Assembly: GCA_977020255.1 (NCBI GenBank)
Contig: CDROCS010001386.1
Span: forward strand, 1-64,000
DNA: 64,000 nt
DNA from: Obrimoposthia wandeli
Taxonomy: Eukaryota
Reading direction: 5' to 3'
Every line of letters begins with the position of its first letter. Within the stretch, counting starts at the first letter, position 1. The position numbers were made by a program, and so were the translations under genes. The notes under the pieces are model-generated. The model was not told the DNA's origin. It did not search any database and was given only the letters and a program-made list of their open reading frames with translations. Below, piece after piece: positions 52,701 through 64,000 of the stretch.

Positions 52701-55700
52701 AATAACTTTGGTACGTAAGATAAAGAGAAAGGCGGATGTCTTTCTAACAACGTACGTGATTGCCGAGAGCCTCTGTACCAATTGTTATATGGCATATCCT
52801 CACCTTGTAAAATGAAAATGTTTAATACGCTTTGACCGATACATGGATGGGAGCCTGGATGTCTGTAGAGCAACAATAGAACAAAATCTCAGGTTTATAG
52901 GCAAGAAATTCTATGCTTGTAGGTAGATGAGTGCCCTACAAATATCCCGAAGATAAAACGCAGTCAAGTATAATTTTGTGAAAAAGGTGCTGAATATGTA
53001 TGGAAATAATTTTTTGAATAGTGGGAGAAATCAACGTTTGCATCATCAAACTTTGCGTGATTTTGAAACGCCCGAACTCAGACTGTTGGAAAAAATGTAT
53101 GTCTAAAACTAATCACTTGGTCATTGTCTTTTGGGAATTGCGAGGAAGTTATATATTACGAAACATTGCCAAAGAATATCAATATAAATTCAGAATACTA
53201 TTGTTTAGCGTTGGATAGGTGGGAGGAATCCTCGGGTGAGAAGCGATTCATGATTCATTATCTTTTACTTGATCTGCCACCAATAAACCTTTATTTATTT
53301 AGCCTCCTACAGCGTCACAGAAAAGAAAACGAATCAATTGATGAAAAATCAACAGTGTCATCAAACGTTGGTTCAAGAGCAAGTAAAAGATAGTTTCTAA
53401 CAAAAATGCACCAAAAATCTACAACTCAAAATGCACATGGGAAATAACTTAATCGTTTAAGAGACTTTGATGGTGTAAACATGTTGTTCATTTTAATTAT
53501 CGAAAACATATACGAAGCTAGCTTGAATTGTTGTAAACAGACAAGAAATATAATTATTTGAACAAATCAATCATACACTTTTACAATATCTAATAAAATA
53601 TGTCAAAATGTGAGCAACTAACACAGTAGATAAATCACAAATATTCGTTTATGGCTTAGCTTAGTCACCCACACCTTGACTTAATGTTACTACCGATACT
53701 TCCTTGCTCTTTCTTGGATAGGTACAAAACATTTGGTTTTTGCTTATGGTGCCAAAGAAGTTCGGTAAACTTTCAAAACAATTAGCTCGGCCCCACGTGG
53801 GCTGGTCTTGTTTAAATAAAATTATCACTTAGCGTTGCAAATCAGTTAAGTGAGCCATTTCAAGATTGTAAACTCCATCTAAAGCTAAACTAAACATAGA
53901 AACTTTACAATACTATGTATGTTAGATCATTAATTGTATCAAATGCTTCTGTTAGTATTGATAAAATACATTTGCATGTACAATTATTCGCAATTTATAT
54001 TTTATTTGACAATAAAACTATAAAATACAACATGACATATGGCTGTTGCAGGGCAATGTTTCGCCCATAATTGGTTTCTCAGTGTCAAATTTCCATTTAA
54101 CAATTCCTACCAATATTATTGACATTTAATACGAATATACATAATATGGCAATGGCAACTTAGTTGCTTTGAATATCAGATTTTCCCTGAACTTTCCGGC
54201 AACTACACTAGATAAAATTTATTCAGTGTGCTGAGAAAAAGAAATATTTAAAAATCAAATTTATACAAAACCTAATATAAATACATTGATTTTAGGTTAT
54301 TATATTTATAGAAAATGAAAGTGCGTAAGTAGGATACGTTTTACTCACAAAATGGCAGTATTAGATTTCAACTCGAAAATATTTACACAATTAAACAGCA
54401 ATTTTTTTGATTTTCACCAAATCAATAAATAATTGAGCAGATAGCTGGCAAGTTGATCTAGTGTTTTCGTCAAAATATTTGACAGAGTATTATTATTGAT
54501 TACACAAGTTCGAATGTATATGTTTCGATGCTTAACAAATATAAATTCTGAAGTACATTAAACGTTTTTAATTAGAAGCAAAATCTTAATTTCATTATAC
54601 GCGATATTAGAATTACTTATTTTAATTCAATTATACTCTTGACCTAATCCTGTTGTTTAAATGTACCCTTAATTAATATAAATAAATTTGCCCAGCCATT
54701 CTATATTGTAAAAAATCTTAAAATTTTAAACGATGTTAAATTTCAGTATATTAAAGCTTTATCTAGTTAGAATAGATTTATCATATTTCTATTTATCTAC
54801 TGATAATTATCAGCACATTATTTAGATATATTTGATATAAGAAAAAATAGAAATATATAAATATATTTAGACTGCTTTAGACTTATTTAGATTTCCATTT
54901 ATCGTTTAGATAACTGGTAATTGAACTGTAATGATTAAACATATGATTTATTTATATGATTAAACATTAAATTGAAAATAAGACTTTGCATAAAAACCAC
55001 ATGAACTATGTTTAATGTTTAAATGAAATAGAATAAGAAAATAGATTCTAAAAATGTAAACATGAGCCATTTTTTCGAAATGAAACGCAAGCCAATTGCA
55101 ATGAAATTTCTTATTGAAATTTTAAACATTAAACTTATAACTTTTCTTAAAAACTTAAATTGAATAAAAGGTAAAATTTATAAATTAGCATCCAGAAATT
55201 AACGATATTTAAGTGACATTGACAAAAAACCTACTAATAAAAAAGTTATTTTATGCTAATGTGTTCTAGGTTTGTAAAGTTAAAGCTAAATTTATAATAA
55301 ATACGTGAGAATGAAATAATTCCAGAATTTACTTTAAATGTATTCTACTAAATTTCAGTCAAATGTTTTATTTGACTTTTAATATAAAAACTAAATGTAT
55401 TTGAACATTTCTGTAATTCTTGTCTGAAAATGAGAAATTAAATTAAATTAAAATTTTTTATGAAATAGATTGGAAATTATTAAGAGTAATTTTTTATCAA
55501 ATGTTTCTGAACTCACATTTTTAAAGCTAAATTATTTATAGGTATATTTTTTCCCAATAACATCGTCTTGTTGGCCTTTGTGACTAATTTTGACATCTAA
55601 ACCCCTAGAGAATATTTTTGAAGCTTAAAAATAATAAATATTTTGATACGTAGTTTCGTGTCCTGAATTGAAATCTTCCTAAAAAACACAAAATATCGGC

Positions 55701-56654
55701 ATTATTCTTAAGAAAAAGAAAGTTAACTTAACTCTTTTGCGTGTAATGTAATCCAATTATATCTGAACAGTTCTATGTTATTAGGACAAAAAACTTCCTT
55801 CTGGAATTATTAAAATTGCATATCTCTTTATAATATTTATACCTAAAAAATTAATATAAATAATATTTATTTCAAAAAGTAATTTCAAAGTACAAATGAT
55901 TTTAAATGTAAAATTAGTGATTTCTTCTGCCCCTTTCTTTCTAATTTAAATGACATTCCCTCAAAATTTTATTTATTTGTTATTTACTGAAATTATAAAA
56001 AGAAAAAATAATATAAAAAATGATAATATTGATAATATTTTTTAGAAAATTAGTTTCTTTACAAATGAAAATGAATTATTTATAGACTAAAGCTGTTTGA
56101 ATTATATAGTTGTTTGAATATTTTCATGTTAATTGGACATTTTTTGCAAATGGCGTTTTTTTCTTTAAAATATTGGCAGATGTATTCTAAATTCCTAAAA
56201 AAGTTATTTGTAGACTATTTCATAAAATTATAGAAAATATCGAATGAAACATTTTAATAAGTTAATAGAAATCCTAATTAAATTATACAACATTGAAATT
56301 TATTCAAACTATATTTGGGAGATATATTACTTGTAACTTAATCTATTCTAAATACGTAGAGAATTGTTCATCGCGCCATATTATCGAGTATTACTTTTCA
56401 ATCAAAATCGTTCCATATTTAATATATTTACTCTTTATCTGTAAATAATATATGATTCTCTTTGACATTGGTCTTAAATGAAATAAAGAAGATTACGACA
56501 CCTACAAAACTGAAAAACTCTGATACAAAGAAAGCAAGTTTCGAAATATAACACTAACCCTATGCACAATGAGTCCCTTGGAAGAATCCTCGTACAATCT
56601 AAATCCCCATGGCGGTCCATTGTTCAGAGCAATTTCTCTTTGTACGAAAGGCAT
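22497..56654 (-). CDS. Host gene: PDZ-domain protein with synaptopodin/calsarcin-like motifs (SYNPO2/myopodin-like muscle protein); ~354 aa from 5 phase-consistent exons
   Basis: Exons 56559-56654, 42796-42947, 34846-35095, 24361-24829 and 22497-22594 have GT/AG boundaries and matching phases (0,2,0,1), totalling 1065 nt. Confidence 0.75.
24361..24829 (-). CDS. Host exon: polyproline region and second RG..F.R.R.RS.KW motif
   Basis: Acceptor ccacAG phase 0; poly-Pro; CFRLASALHNGQDRGSRIFLRNRQRSVKW; donor GTGAGT, phase 1. Confidence 0.85.
26750..27190 (-). pseudogene. Decayed non-LTR (CR1/L2-like) reverse transcriptase fragment
   Basis: LNWFKSYLLLRKQSV, CGVPQGLILDPNLF and LYVDDTQLY motifs in manual translation. 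Confidence 0.8.
28885..30134 (-). mobile_element. Small decayed Gypsy remnant: partial LTRs, PBS, gag and protease
   Basis: Direct repeats of ~83 bp at 28885-28967 and 30052-30134. A PBS-like TGGCGACCAC lies at 30047-30038. Gag motifs include FC*YHTKY..ATKC. The protease reads FLVDTGAAISCLP...FSAAN...ILGEDFL. Confidence 0.75.
31365..32680 (+). mobile_element. Decayed mariner-like element, 1,316 bp
   Basis: TA-flanked, with imperfect TIRs of ~115 bp (TAGGGTGGTTCGTAATTAATA... / ...TATTAATTACGAACCATCCTA) and a transposase remnant LVQDNPRPHVA. Confidence 0.8.
32760..33260 (-). pseudogene. Possible Penelope-like element fragment
   Basis: VSLPYLKGMFE resembles the LPY.KG..E motif between RT and GIY-YIG. 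Heavily decayed. Confidence 0.3.
33582..33849. mobile_element. hAT-family MITE, 268 bp
   Basis: TIR CAGCGGTTTCCAAA / TTTGGAAACCGCTG with a perfect 8-bp TSD GTCTAGCG (33574-33581, 33850-33857). Confidence 0.9.
34846..35095 (-). CDS. Host exon with first SKG..F.R.R.R motif
   Basis: HYPTLEERMDMAKKMADSLTAPINRASKGAHIFERQRQRIEKY; donor GTAAGA, phase 0. Confidence 0.85.
35863..38081 (-). mobile_element. Decayed Tc1-like transposon with IR/DR-type ~220-bp TIRs
   Basis: TA-flanked CACTGTGTTTTACG...CGTAAAACACAGTG. Transposase remnants are VIFTDEYRATLDGPD...RRQQGGYGIMFWG and WPSNSAELNPIENL, with a start near 36936. Confidence 0.88.
36938..37761. mobile_element. Putative MITE nested in the Tc1 element
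   Basis: Terminal inverted GAGTAGGTAGAAG / CTTCTACCTACTC and internal repeated CTATGGTCGACCATA-like palindromes. No clear TSD. Confidence 0.5.
39179..39381 (-). CDS. Probable host exon (alternative or terminal); 3' boundary uncertain
   Basis: GC-rich, with a phase-2 acceptor compatible with the PDZ exon; reads YESVHNKSVTFMEHRGQIQAGKVTHLEISN... The candidate donor GTAGGC is phase 1 and does not match the next exon. Confidence 0.55.
42796..42947 (-). CDS. Host exon: C-terminal half of PDZ
   Basis: Acceptor ctccAG; IRQYSPAQDAKLREGDVLLSINSVSTRGMGHAAAVDQVDFTYNMLVLLVG(R); donor GTGCGT, phase 2. Confidence 0.88.
43575..44042. mobile_element. MITE with GG termini and 8-bp TSD (Merlin-like)
   Basis: TIR GGCAGTATTCGAC / GTCGAATACTGCC; TSD AAATACAA (43567-43574, 44043-44050). 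Confidence 0.8.
46642..46721. repeat. (TA)n microsatellite, ~40 units
   Basis: Direct reading. Confidence 0.99.
50800..51510 (+). pseudogene. Decayed IS630-Tc1-mariner (maT/DD37D-like) transposase fragment
   Basis: KLIETGTLVSDIHRSGAP and KSPDLTLWDNGLWEYLRSKVY motifs. Confidence 0.7.
52990..53480 (+). pseudogene. Decayed mariner transposase fragment
   Basis: VFW.. followed by EEVIYYETLPKNININSEYYCLALDRW, similar to the mariner VFWD..G.IYYE.L....TINS..YC..LDRL pattern. Confidence 0.7.
56559..56654 (-). CDS. Host exon 1: N-terminal half of PDZ
   Basis: MPFVQREIALNNGPPWGFRLYEDSSKGLIVHR (PWGFRL, PDLIM/SYNPO2-type), then donor GTTAGT, phase 0. Too short for the ORF track. Confidence 0.85.
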
Positions 56655-57591
56655 TCTTAAAATGGATGTTTGAGCGAGTCAAATCCAAACAGAATCAGAA
56701 ACGTCTAACAATTCAATTTCCGATGAGCGTACTGCTCTACTAAATATCCATAGTTAATTTGAAAAATAAATCAATGTGGTTAAGATAATTGAATATATCG
56801 AGAATAACGCTATCACAATGGAGATAGCTGGAGGAGAATTAATCGAAAATCACCGAAATCAGCAGCAGCAGCAGTGTGACAGACTACTGGCAGGGGCAGC
56901 AACACCAATTCATGGAGGCACACCGATTTGTGGAGTTTGTTCTGGGTGCTGCATAAATGGCAGCCTAACCACAGTGCACCACGAATTTAGTTGAAGCTGT
57001 GTGCGGACAACGAAAGTACACTTTCTCGGAGAGCATCAGAGACTTTAGACGTTTTGAATTGTTGCAATTTGATTTAAAACTCAAATTGAACATAAGAAGA
57101 GTGTCAGGGGATTTTTCCTTGTTAATTTCTGTCATATTTTCTACTATACAGTTTCCAATTGGCAGGTTCTGGGTTAAACGCATTTGTGAACTGTAACAAA
57201 TAGGTAAATATAAATTGTTTATGTGGATGTGACAGTGATGTTTCTTCAATTTTTCCATTGCTGCTATTCCCTGTGTACATTTTCCATTGCGTAATATTTT
57301 CCTGGTGGAAATCACCAATTTTTATAATATTTTTAAATTTATATATGTTAAAACTGTTTGGTTAATAAAAAAATTTACACTTTAGTAGGTGGATGTGTCC
57401 GGTCTAATCCACACCCCCCCTCCCCCAGGCCCTTGTCCTTTAAAACCGTGCATGTGTGTGGAGTGAAATTTCGTGTAGGTGTGTGGAGTGAAATTTCACT
57501 CCATACACATGCACGATTTTAAAGGACAAGGGGGGGGATCCCACCCCCCCTACAAAATTTTCGCGCCTCTCGGCGAGAAGGGCTCGAGACT

Positions 57592-57985
57592 GATATATGT
57601 CACAGACTAGCTTGGCGATGTACGGATGTCTCGCTCTCATATATGTCACAGACTAGCTTGGCGATGTACGGATGTCTCGCTCTCATATATGTCACAGACT
57701 AGCTCTGCGATGTACGGATGTCTCGCTCTCATATATGTCACAGACTAGCTTGGCGATGTACGGATGTCTCGCTCTCATATATGTCACAGACTAGCTCTGC
57801 GATGTATGGATGTCTCGCTCTCATATATGTCACAGACTAGCTTGGCGATATACGAATGTCTCGCTTTCAAATATATGTCACAGACTAGCTTGGCGATGTG
57901 CGAATGTCTCGTTCTCATATATGTCACAGACTAGCTTGGGTGATGGGCGAATGTCTCGCTCTCGTGTATATCACTGACTACCTCG
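57592..57985. repeat. 46-bp tandem array inside left Polinton TIR (~9 copies; ~4 copies in right TIR)
   Basis: Unit ATATATGTCACAGACTAGCTTGGCGATGTACGGATGTCTCGCTCTC, period 57601/57647. Confidence 0.92.
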
Positions 57986-58713
57986 GGTGATTGGTGAAAG
58001 TCGATGGGTGTTGGATGGAAACACCCACCGACAACCACCCGCCCCTCTGGGGCGGGCTCTATTCTCTACACCACACCACACCACACCACCGAAATACTCC
58101 ACCCACCGCCCGCCCCTTCGGGGCGTGCTCCATTCTCGCGAAAATAACTACAAAAACATGCGCTACAGTATCACTTTACCTCTCACAACTACACATGTAG
58201 ACAACCCGTGTCACACCCCAGTCCCTAACATACACCGCACACCGCCCGACCCTTTGGGGTGGGCTTCATTCTTGATCTTTAGGCACGAAAAACATTACAA
58301 AAATATATTATTTGAATAAGACGCAATTTTTTTTGCGCCAAATTTAAAATTTTCAAAATGGCTTTTAAACAAAAAAATTAAAAATTAAAATAAAATTGTT
58401 TACAAAGTTTTTATAGTTTAAAAATAAAATTTTCCACATAATTTTTTACAACAATTTTTATATTTTAAAAAAGTAATTTTACACAGAACTTTTATACTTT
58501 AGAATTAAAATTTTCCACATAATTTTTTACAACAATTTTTATAGTTTAAAAAATAATTTTACATAGAACTTTTATACTTTAGAATTAAAATTTTACACAG
58601 AACTTTTATACTTTAGAATTTTAAACTTAGAAAAAGACGAATTGGATACAAATATTTATTAAACCAAAGAGAAAATTAGGTACAATAAATTTGTGACATA
58701 CAAATTCAAACAA

Positions 58714-59170
58714 TTATTCAAGTGAAAAATCATCTGGATATCTATGATGTCCGTAGATAACTGACCGGTTTTTCTCTACCCATTTTCTCTCATCGTCATT
58801 GCTACTCAATGCGATCTTACTCATATTTACGGTATAGAGCTGGTGATTAATTGAACTAATGCGTTGTTGTTGCACTCGTTCACTAACCCCACTATCATAT
58901 GCAGCTAAATAATTCGCATGGCGTAGCACAGTCTGCTTAAGGCTAATTCCCTTTGCTCTCATCTGGAACTTTCCGTCTATAGTTTCTAAGCTATATGATT
59001 TGGAGCGTAAAAATACCTATAGCTTATATCTACATTGCTTACTCTCATCCTTAAACTTGCCTATCGTAGTATTGGCTAAAGGATGGTTTATAGAAAATTT
59101 TGATGTGTCTAATAATCCATCTGAAATCATTGCAGACAACAGTGTAGCTTGCACGTCTACATTATGACAC
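58714..59170 (-). pseudogene. C-terminal fragment of protein-primed family B DNA polymerase (Polinton/adintovirus type)
   Basis: LLDTSKFSINHPL...IGKFKDES...*VFLRSKSYS...RAKGI...HQLYTVNMSKIALSSNDDERKW...YGH, with an internal stop. Confidence 0.88.
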
Positions 59171-62100
59171 TTAAGAAAAAAATTCTAATTTGGATATAGA
59201 AAGTTCGATTTTTAATCATTTTATGTTCATATTTATGGATTTTAGAATACATTTTATCGTGTATATTTCAGAATAATGTAAATTAAGATGCAAAGTTGAA
59301 TCTTATTTCATTTATAAGGATTTTAGTTGACAAATGAATTTACTGTTTAATTTTTCTGAATAATGTAAATTTTGAATTAGAAAGTTCGATTTTCAGTCAA
59401 TTTATAGATTAGAAGATATATTTACCAAGGATTTTCAGAATAATGCAAATTATAATGCAAATAATTGATCATTTTTCAATGAATTTACCCATATTTCTAT
59501 AAATTTTCTTTGATTTTAGTTTAAGGACAAAATTACTTTCAGAATAAATAAGTTGTATTTACTGACGATTCTTATGTACCAGCGCGTCAATAAAGTTTTC
59601 ATGGTTTCTTATATGGTAGATGCACTAATTGGATTTCTCTTCAACATATTTAAAGGATTCCTCCGTGTAATAAAGATATAATTTGAAGAGAGTATATAAT
59701 GATCAATAAGTGAGAGTTTATTACGGACAATTATACGGATAATTAGAGAGATTACTTTGATCAATTAGTCAATTTACGATCAAGAGTATATTATTAATCT
59801 GCATCTTTAACTAAGAATTTTATTAAATTTCAAAATGATTCATTAAATCTAAAATGTTCTCTACTTTCTTTTAAAAAAGTTTTTTTGTAAAAGAATCTGT
59901 AAAGGTTTTGTTACTAAAAAATGATTAGTTTCAAAGAATATTGTTTAAAGATTAGCTTATTTAAGGAAATTAATCTATGTAATAAATAATTAATTAAATT
60001 ATCAATACTATATTGGAACATTTTGTTTAGAAATTATTACATCAGGACTAGAAATGGATTAAATTATATTCTCTCTTTTTCGATTCATTTAAACCTAAAA
60101 TTATTTTCAAGTATCATTTATTGATATAATTTATTTAATAATGTTTAGAGTATGTATTTATCTCAGTCATAATTTATTCATATTACTTGAGTCTATTGAT
60201 AACTATATTCTCAAAAAATAATTTTTCATTGATCGATATATCAAACAAGAAAATTCATGCAAAACTCTACAAGCTTATTGATTCATTGATGTTATCAATA
60301 TTATGGAAACTTATTTTCAAACATCAACAACCAGTCGATTTATTACTTCAAATAAATCGGTTTAGTAAAGAAATTATACATAAAAGGTTCTATAAGATAA
60401 ATTAAGAAGATGCATGAGATTTGTTACATTTAGATGAGATATGACATGAGTGTTTATAAGGTTTAAGAATAGAAAATAATGGATAGAGTTTTAGAAGAGA
60501 AACTCATGATTTGTTCAAAAGGTTCTCTAGAAGAGTAATTAATACATAGAAGATTAAAGATAAGTAGCGGTTCAGAGGAGAAATTAACGATACTTTTAGG
60601 AGGTATCAAAAATATAGCCTAGATTGGATTATGAAGTGAAATTGATGTGATTTATTTAAGAGATTTAGGAATGGAATTTAGTAAGTTTATTACATAGAAG
60701 AGGAAATTTACGAGGTATTTAGAAGGTTATAGAAGAAATATTAATGCATAGAATGGTTATAAAAGACAAATTGAAAAAAGTGTTCAAGAGGTTTCAGAAG
60801 ATATATTATAGATTTGAAGGGTTTAGAAAAGATTTAGCAGGAATGTTTAGGAGGTATCAGAAAATATAGCCTTAAAAGGAGTTTAGAGAAGTATTTAAAA
60901 GGAGTATTTAGGAAGTTTCAGAAAAAATAAATTAAAATTGTTTCATAGGGGAAATTAAAGGGTTCCAAAGAGAATTTAACCGAGGAGTTCAGAAGAGAAA
61001 ATATAACCTTAAAGGAGAATTTAACGGATATTTCAAGAGGTTTCAGAAGAGGAAATATAACTTAAATTGGTTCAGAGGAGAATTTATATGAGAATTCAGA
61101 AGAAATTAAAGGAATTTAGAGGGAGATTTAACAGGGAGTTCAAGAGGTTTCAGAAGAAGAAATTAGATGAATTTAGAGGGAAATTTAACGATGATGTTTA
61201 GATGGTTCAGATTAAAGCTTTGAAGGGTTTAGAAAAGATTTAGCAGGGATGTTTAGGAGGTTTTGGTAAATATAGCCTAGATAGCTAGATTGAATGAAAA
61301 TAAAAGCGATGTTTATAAGGTTAGTAGGATTCAGAAGAAAAAATATAGGATATATTTTACTTTGAAAGGAAATTTAATGTGAGTTAGAAGATATTTAGGT
61401 GGTTTAGAAGGGAAATAAGACTACTGTTCTAAAACTGTAGTGAAATCGTATTTTATCAAAATTCCGGTCATTTCATTTAAGATTATGATATAAGCGATCA
61501 TATTGAATTTCAGCTTTATACTGCTTCAAAGCGAGTTATACCAAAAATTAATCATAAGTATTTTACTCATATTTCGGTCATAACGAAGACAATTTTTACA
61601 AAAGGAAATATATTATTCAAACTTTTACCATCTTCTTGTAAATTTTTCGCATATATTTTGGAAAATGATGTTAGTGTTAGAATTAGAATATTAGAATTAG
61701 AGTATTAGAAGTTAGAGGTTTAGGTTAGATATTGAGTAATAACGATTAGTGTGCATATTCCCAATTATTGATTTTATAGTTTAAAATAATCAATGATGTT
61801 GTAAATAGCTACTTATAAGTCAATAGGTATTAAGGAAAACTTAAAGAAACAACTTCTGAGTATTGATAAAGTCATCATATTCTTATAAAAAATCGGGTGA
61901 AATCTTTATGATTACTATTAATAGTTTTGGTTCATATAAATGGATTCTATCTTCATTAGACATTAAAAATACTTTTAATCAATTAATATTAAGCCATTGA
62001 ATGAAAATTAACGATTTCATTAATACATAGTAAATAAGTTATTTTCAAAGAGAGTTTTATCGAAGTCAAATATTATCGTTCCAAAGCCAATATTTAAGCA

Positions 62101-63360
62101 TTTTATCTATTCCTTCTACATTCCTTCAATTAAAATCAAAGCTAGGTATGCTATTTTTTTAAAGATAATGTTTAAAGTATTTTATTGAAATTTAGATGCA
62201 ATAATGAAGAATAGTGCTAAAGAATTGATATATGTGAGGAAATTTATGAATTATACCTGGTTTGTTTGACATCTTGTTTGAAATAATTATGAGTAGACAT
62301 TATTCTGACGTATGGTCAAAACGTTGACTGTTTATATACAACTAAAATCTGATTGGATAAATACAGTGGTGTGGTGTGGTGTAGAGAATAGAGCCCGCCC
62401 CGAAGGGGCGGGTGGTTGTCGGTTGGTGTTTCCATCCAACACCCATCGACTTTCACCCATCACCCGAGGTAGTCAGTGATATACACGAGAGCGAGACATT
62501 CGCTCATCACCCAAGCTAGTCTGTGACATATATGAGAACGAGACATTCGCACATCGCCAAGCTAGTCTGTGACATATATGAGAGCGAGACATTCGTTCAT
62601 TGCCAAGCTAGTCTGTGACATATATCAGTCCCGAGCCCTTCGCGCTATATGCGCGAAAAATTTTTAGTGTGGGGGGACCCCCCCTTGCCCTTTAAAACCG
62701 TGCATGTGTGTGGAGTGAAATTTCACTCCACACACCTACACGAAATTTCACTCCACACACATGCACAGTTTTAAAGGACAAGGGAGGTGGAGGGGGTGTG
62801 TGGATTAGACCGGACACATCCACCTACTCACTTTATATTCAATATTTCAAATATAATTATATACAAATTTATTTGTTTGTGTAAATTAAAATTGTAACAA
62901 ATGTAAACACATTTTATAAATAGAAATTTCTAATTGCTGTTTTACCCATTAATTATTTCATCTTAGTAATTTCTGAGGATTTATACTTATTCTTTACTGT
63001 ACTTACCACCAAAGTGACTTCATTAAGTAGATTTATTTTCATTTGAAACTAGTTTTTACATACATAAAATTATGACATTTGATTAATTACTATTTTATAC
63101 AATTTAATAATTTTATTTAATTTTGAAAGAATTTCGTCATTAAGAAGAATATTTTTGTTTTTTACTTCAATAACTTTCTTTGTAAATTTTAATTTTGTAT
63201 TATTTGTATTTTCTTAATTAATTAAAATTATTTTTAAAACTTTAAGAATTAAATTCTAATAATTAAAAAAATACAATAAAACCTAAACAATGACTAAAAT
63301 TGTACATGCAAAAGTATTTAGATGATTTCAAATTCAACATAAATAAATAGAATTTGAAGT

Positions 63361-63651
63361 AGGTCACTGAATGGAACAATCAGATTCAGTAGAAAATTAG
63401 TTGTCATTACATGGAATGAACCATTGAACCACTGAAATATCACAGAACATGTTTTTTTGTGATAATCTAACTAAGAAATTTGGATTATGTATTTGGATTA
63501 TTTTGGTTCAAGTGCTGAGGTCACTGAATGGAACAATCAGATTCAGTAGAAAATTAGTTGTCATTACATGGAATGAACCATTGAACCACTGAAATATCAC
63601 AGAACATGTTTTTTTGTGAAAATCTAACTAAGAAATTTGGATTATGTATTT
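63361..63651. repeat. Tandem duplication, 157-bp period, 2 near-identical copies
   Basis: AGGTCACTGAATGGAACAATCAG... at 63361 and 63518. Confidence 0.9.
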
Positions 63652-64000
63652 ATAATTTGTAAGTAACTAAATTTTGTGAAAAATGTATTTTTAACATTAG
63701 CAAATTTTTAAAGATGTAGCTGCAAAATATTTTTTCAAAAGAATATAAAGTATAAATAGGCTGAAAGTTTACATCGTTACCATTGAGCCACATTTGAAAC
63801 TATTAACCCTAGACCGGAAAGAATAGAGGGTTAATGCATCTAGTGTTACTATTTTCTATATAACTTATTTTCTTATTTTGTTTATCTAACTATTTATATG
63901 ATTTTGTGTAGAAAATTCAAAACAATAAATTGATATATCTACATAGACATTTTTACATTGTTGAATGAGTGGGAGCTTTTCTAAAAGTACCAATATTTTT

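Larger units (their letters stand above)
57384..62828. mobile_element. Internally deleted Polinton/Maverick, 5,445 bp
   Basis: AGTAGG termini, TIRs at 57384-~58090 and ~62366-62828, a perfect 6-bp TSD CACTTT (57378-57383, 62829-62834), and an internal pPolB fragment. Confidence 0.9.

Noticed and set aside
56776-57318. ORFs with poly-Q or CAG runs upstream of exon 1
   Set aside because: Most likely the 5' UTR/promoter of the minus-strand PDZ gene. No domain or splice support for coding.

Overview
AT-rich eukaryotic (invertebrate metazoan) DNA in three parts. (1) Positions 1-20723 hold a giant Ty3/Gypsy-type LTR retroelement on the minus strand whose 3' end runs off the window. It has a 4.08-kb quasi-palindromic TG...CA 5' LTR and an elongator tRNA-Met PBS. 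It then reads as a probable single polyprotein of about 5,000 aa, broken by many 1-nt frameshifts. The order is Gag (capsid, CCHC knuckle), ubiquitin-like domain, AT-hook, Bcl-2-like domain, signal peptide plus chuvirus-like envelope glycoprotein, aspartyl protease, BIR-BIR-RING (IAP), second aspartyl protease, RT, RNase H, integrase, unknown domains, an active plus a catalytically dead dual-specificity phosphatase, and membrane-protein remnants. It resembles the planarian Burro giant elements, but Env sits between Gag and Pol and the element carries several kinds of host-derived anti-apoptotic and signalling cargo. (2) Positions 22497-56654 hold a minus-strand host gene for a PDZ protein with two synaptopodin/calsarcin-like motifs. 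Five of its exons are phase-consistent, one is a further candidate, and its introns are full of TE relics (Tc1/mariner, hAT and Merlin-like MITEs, LINE, a small Gypsy remnant). (3) Positions 57384-62828 hold an internally deleted Polinton/Maverick with long TIRs, a 6-bp TSD and a protein-primed PolB fragment, 730 bp upstream of the host ATG. All domain calls are by-eye motif recognition; no searches were run.
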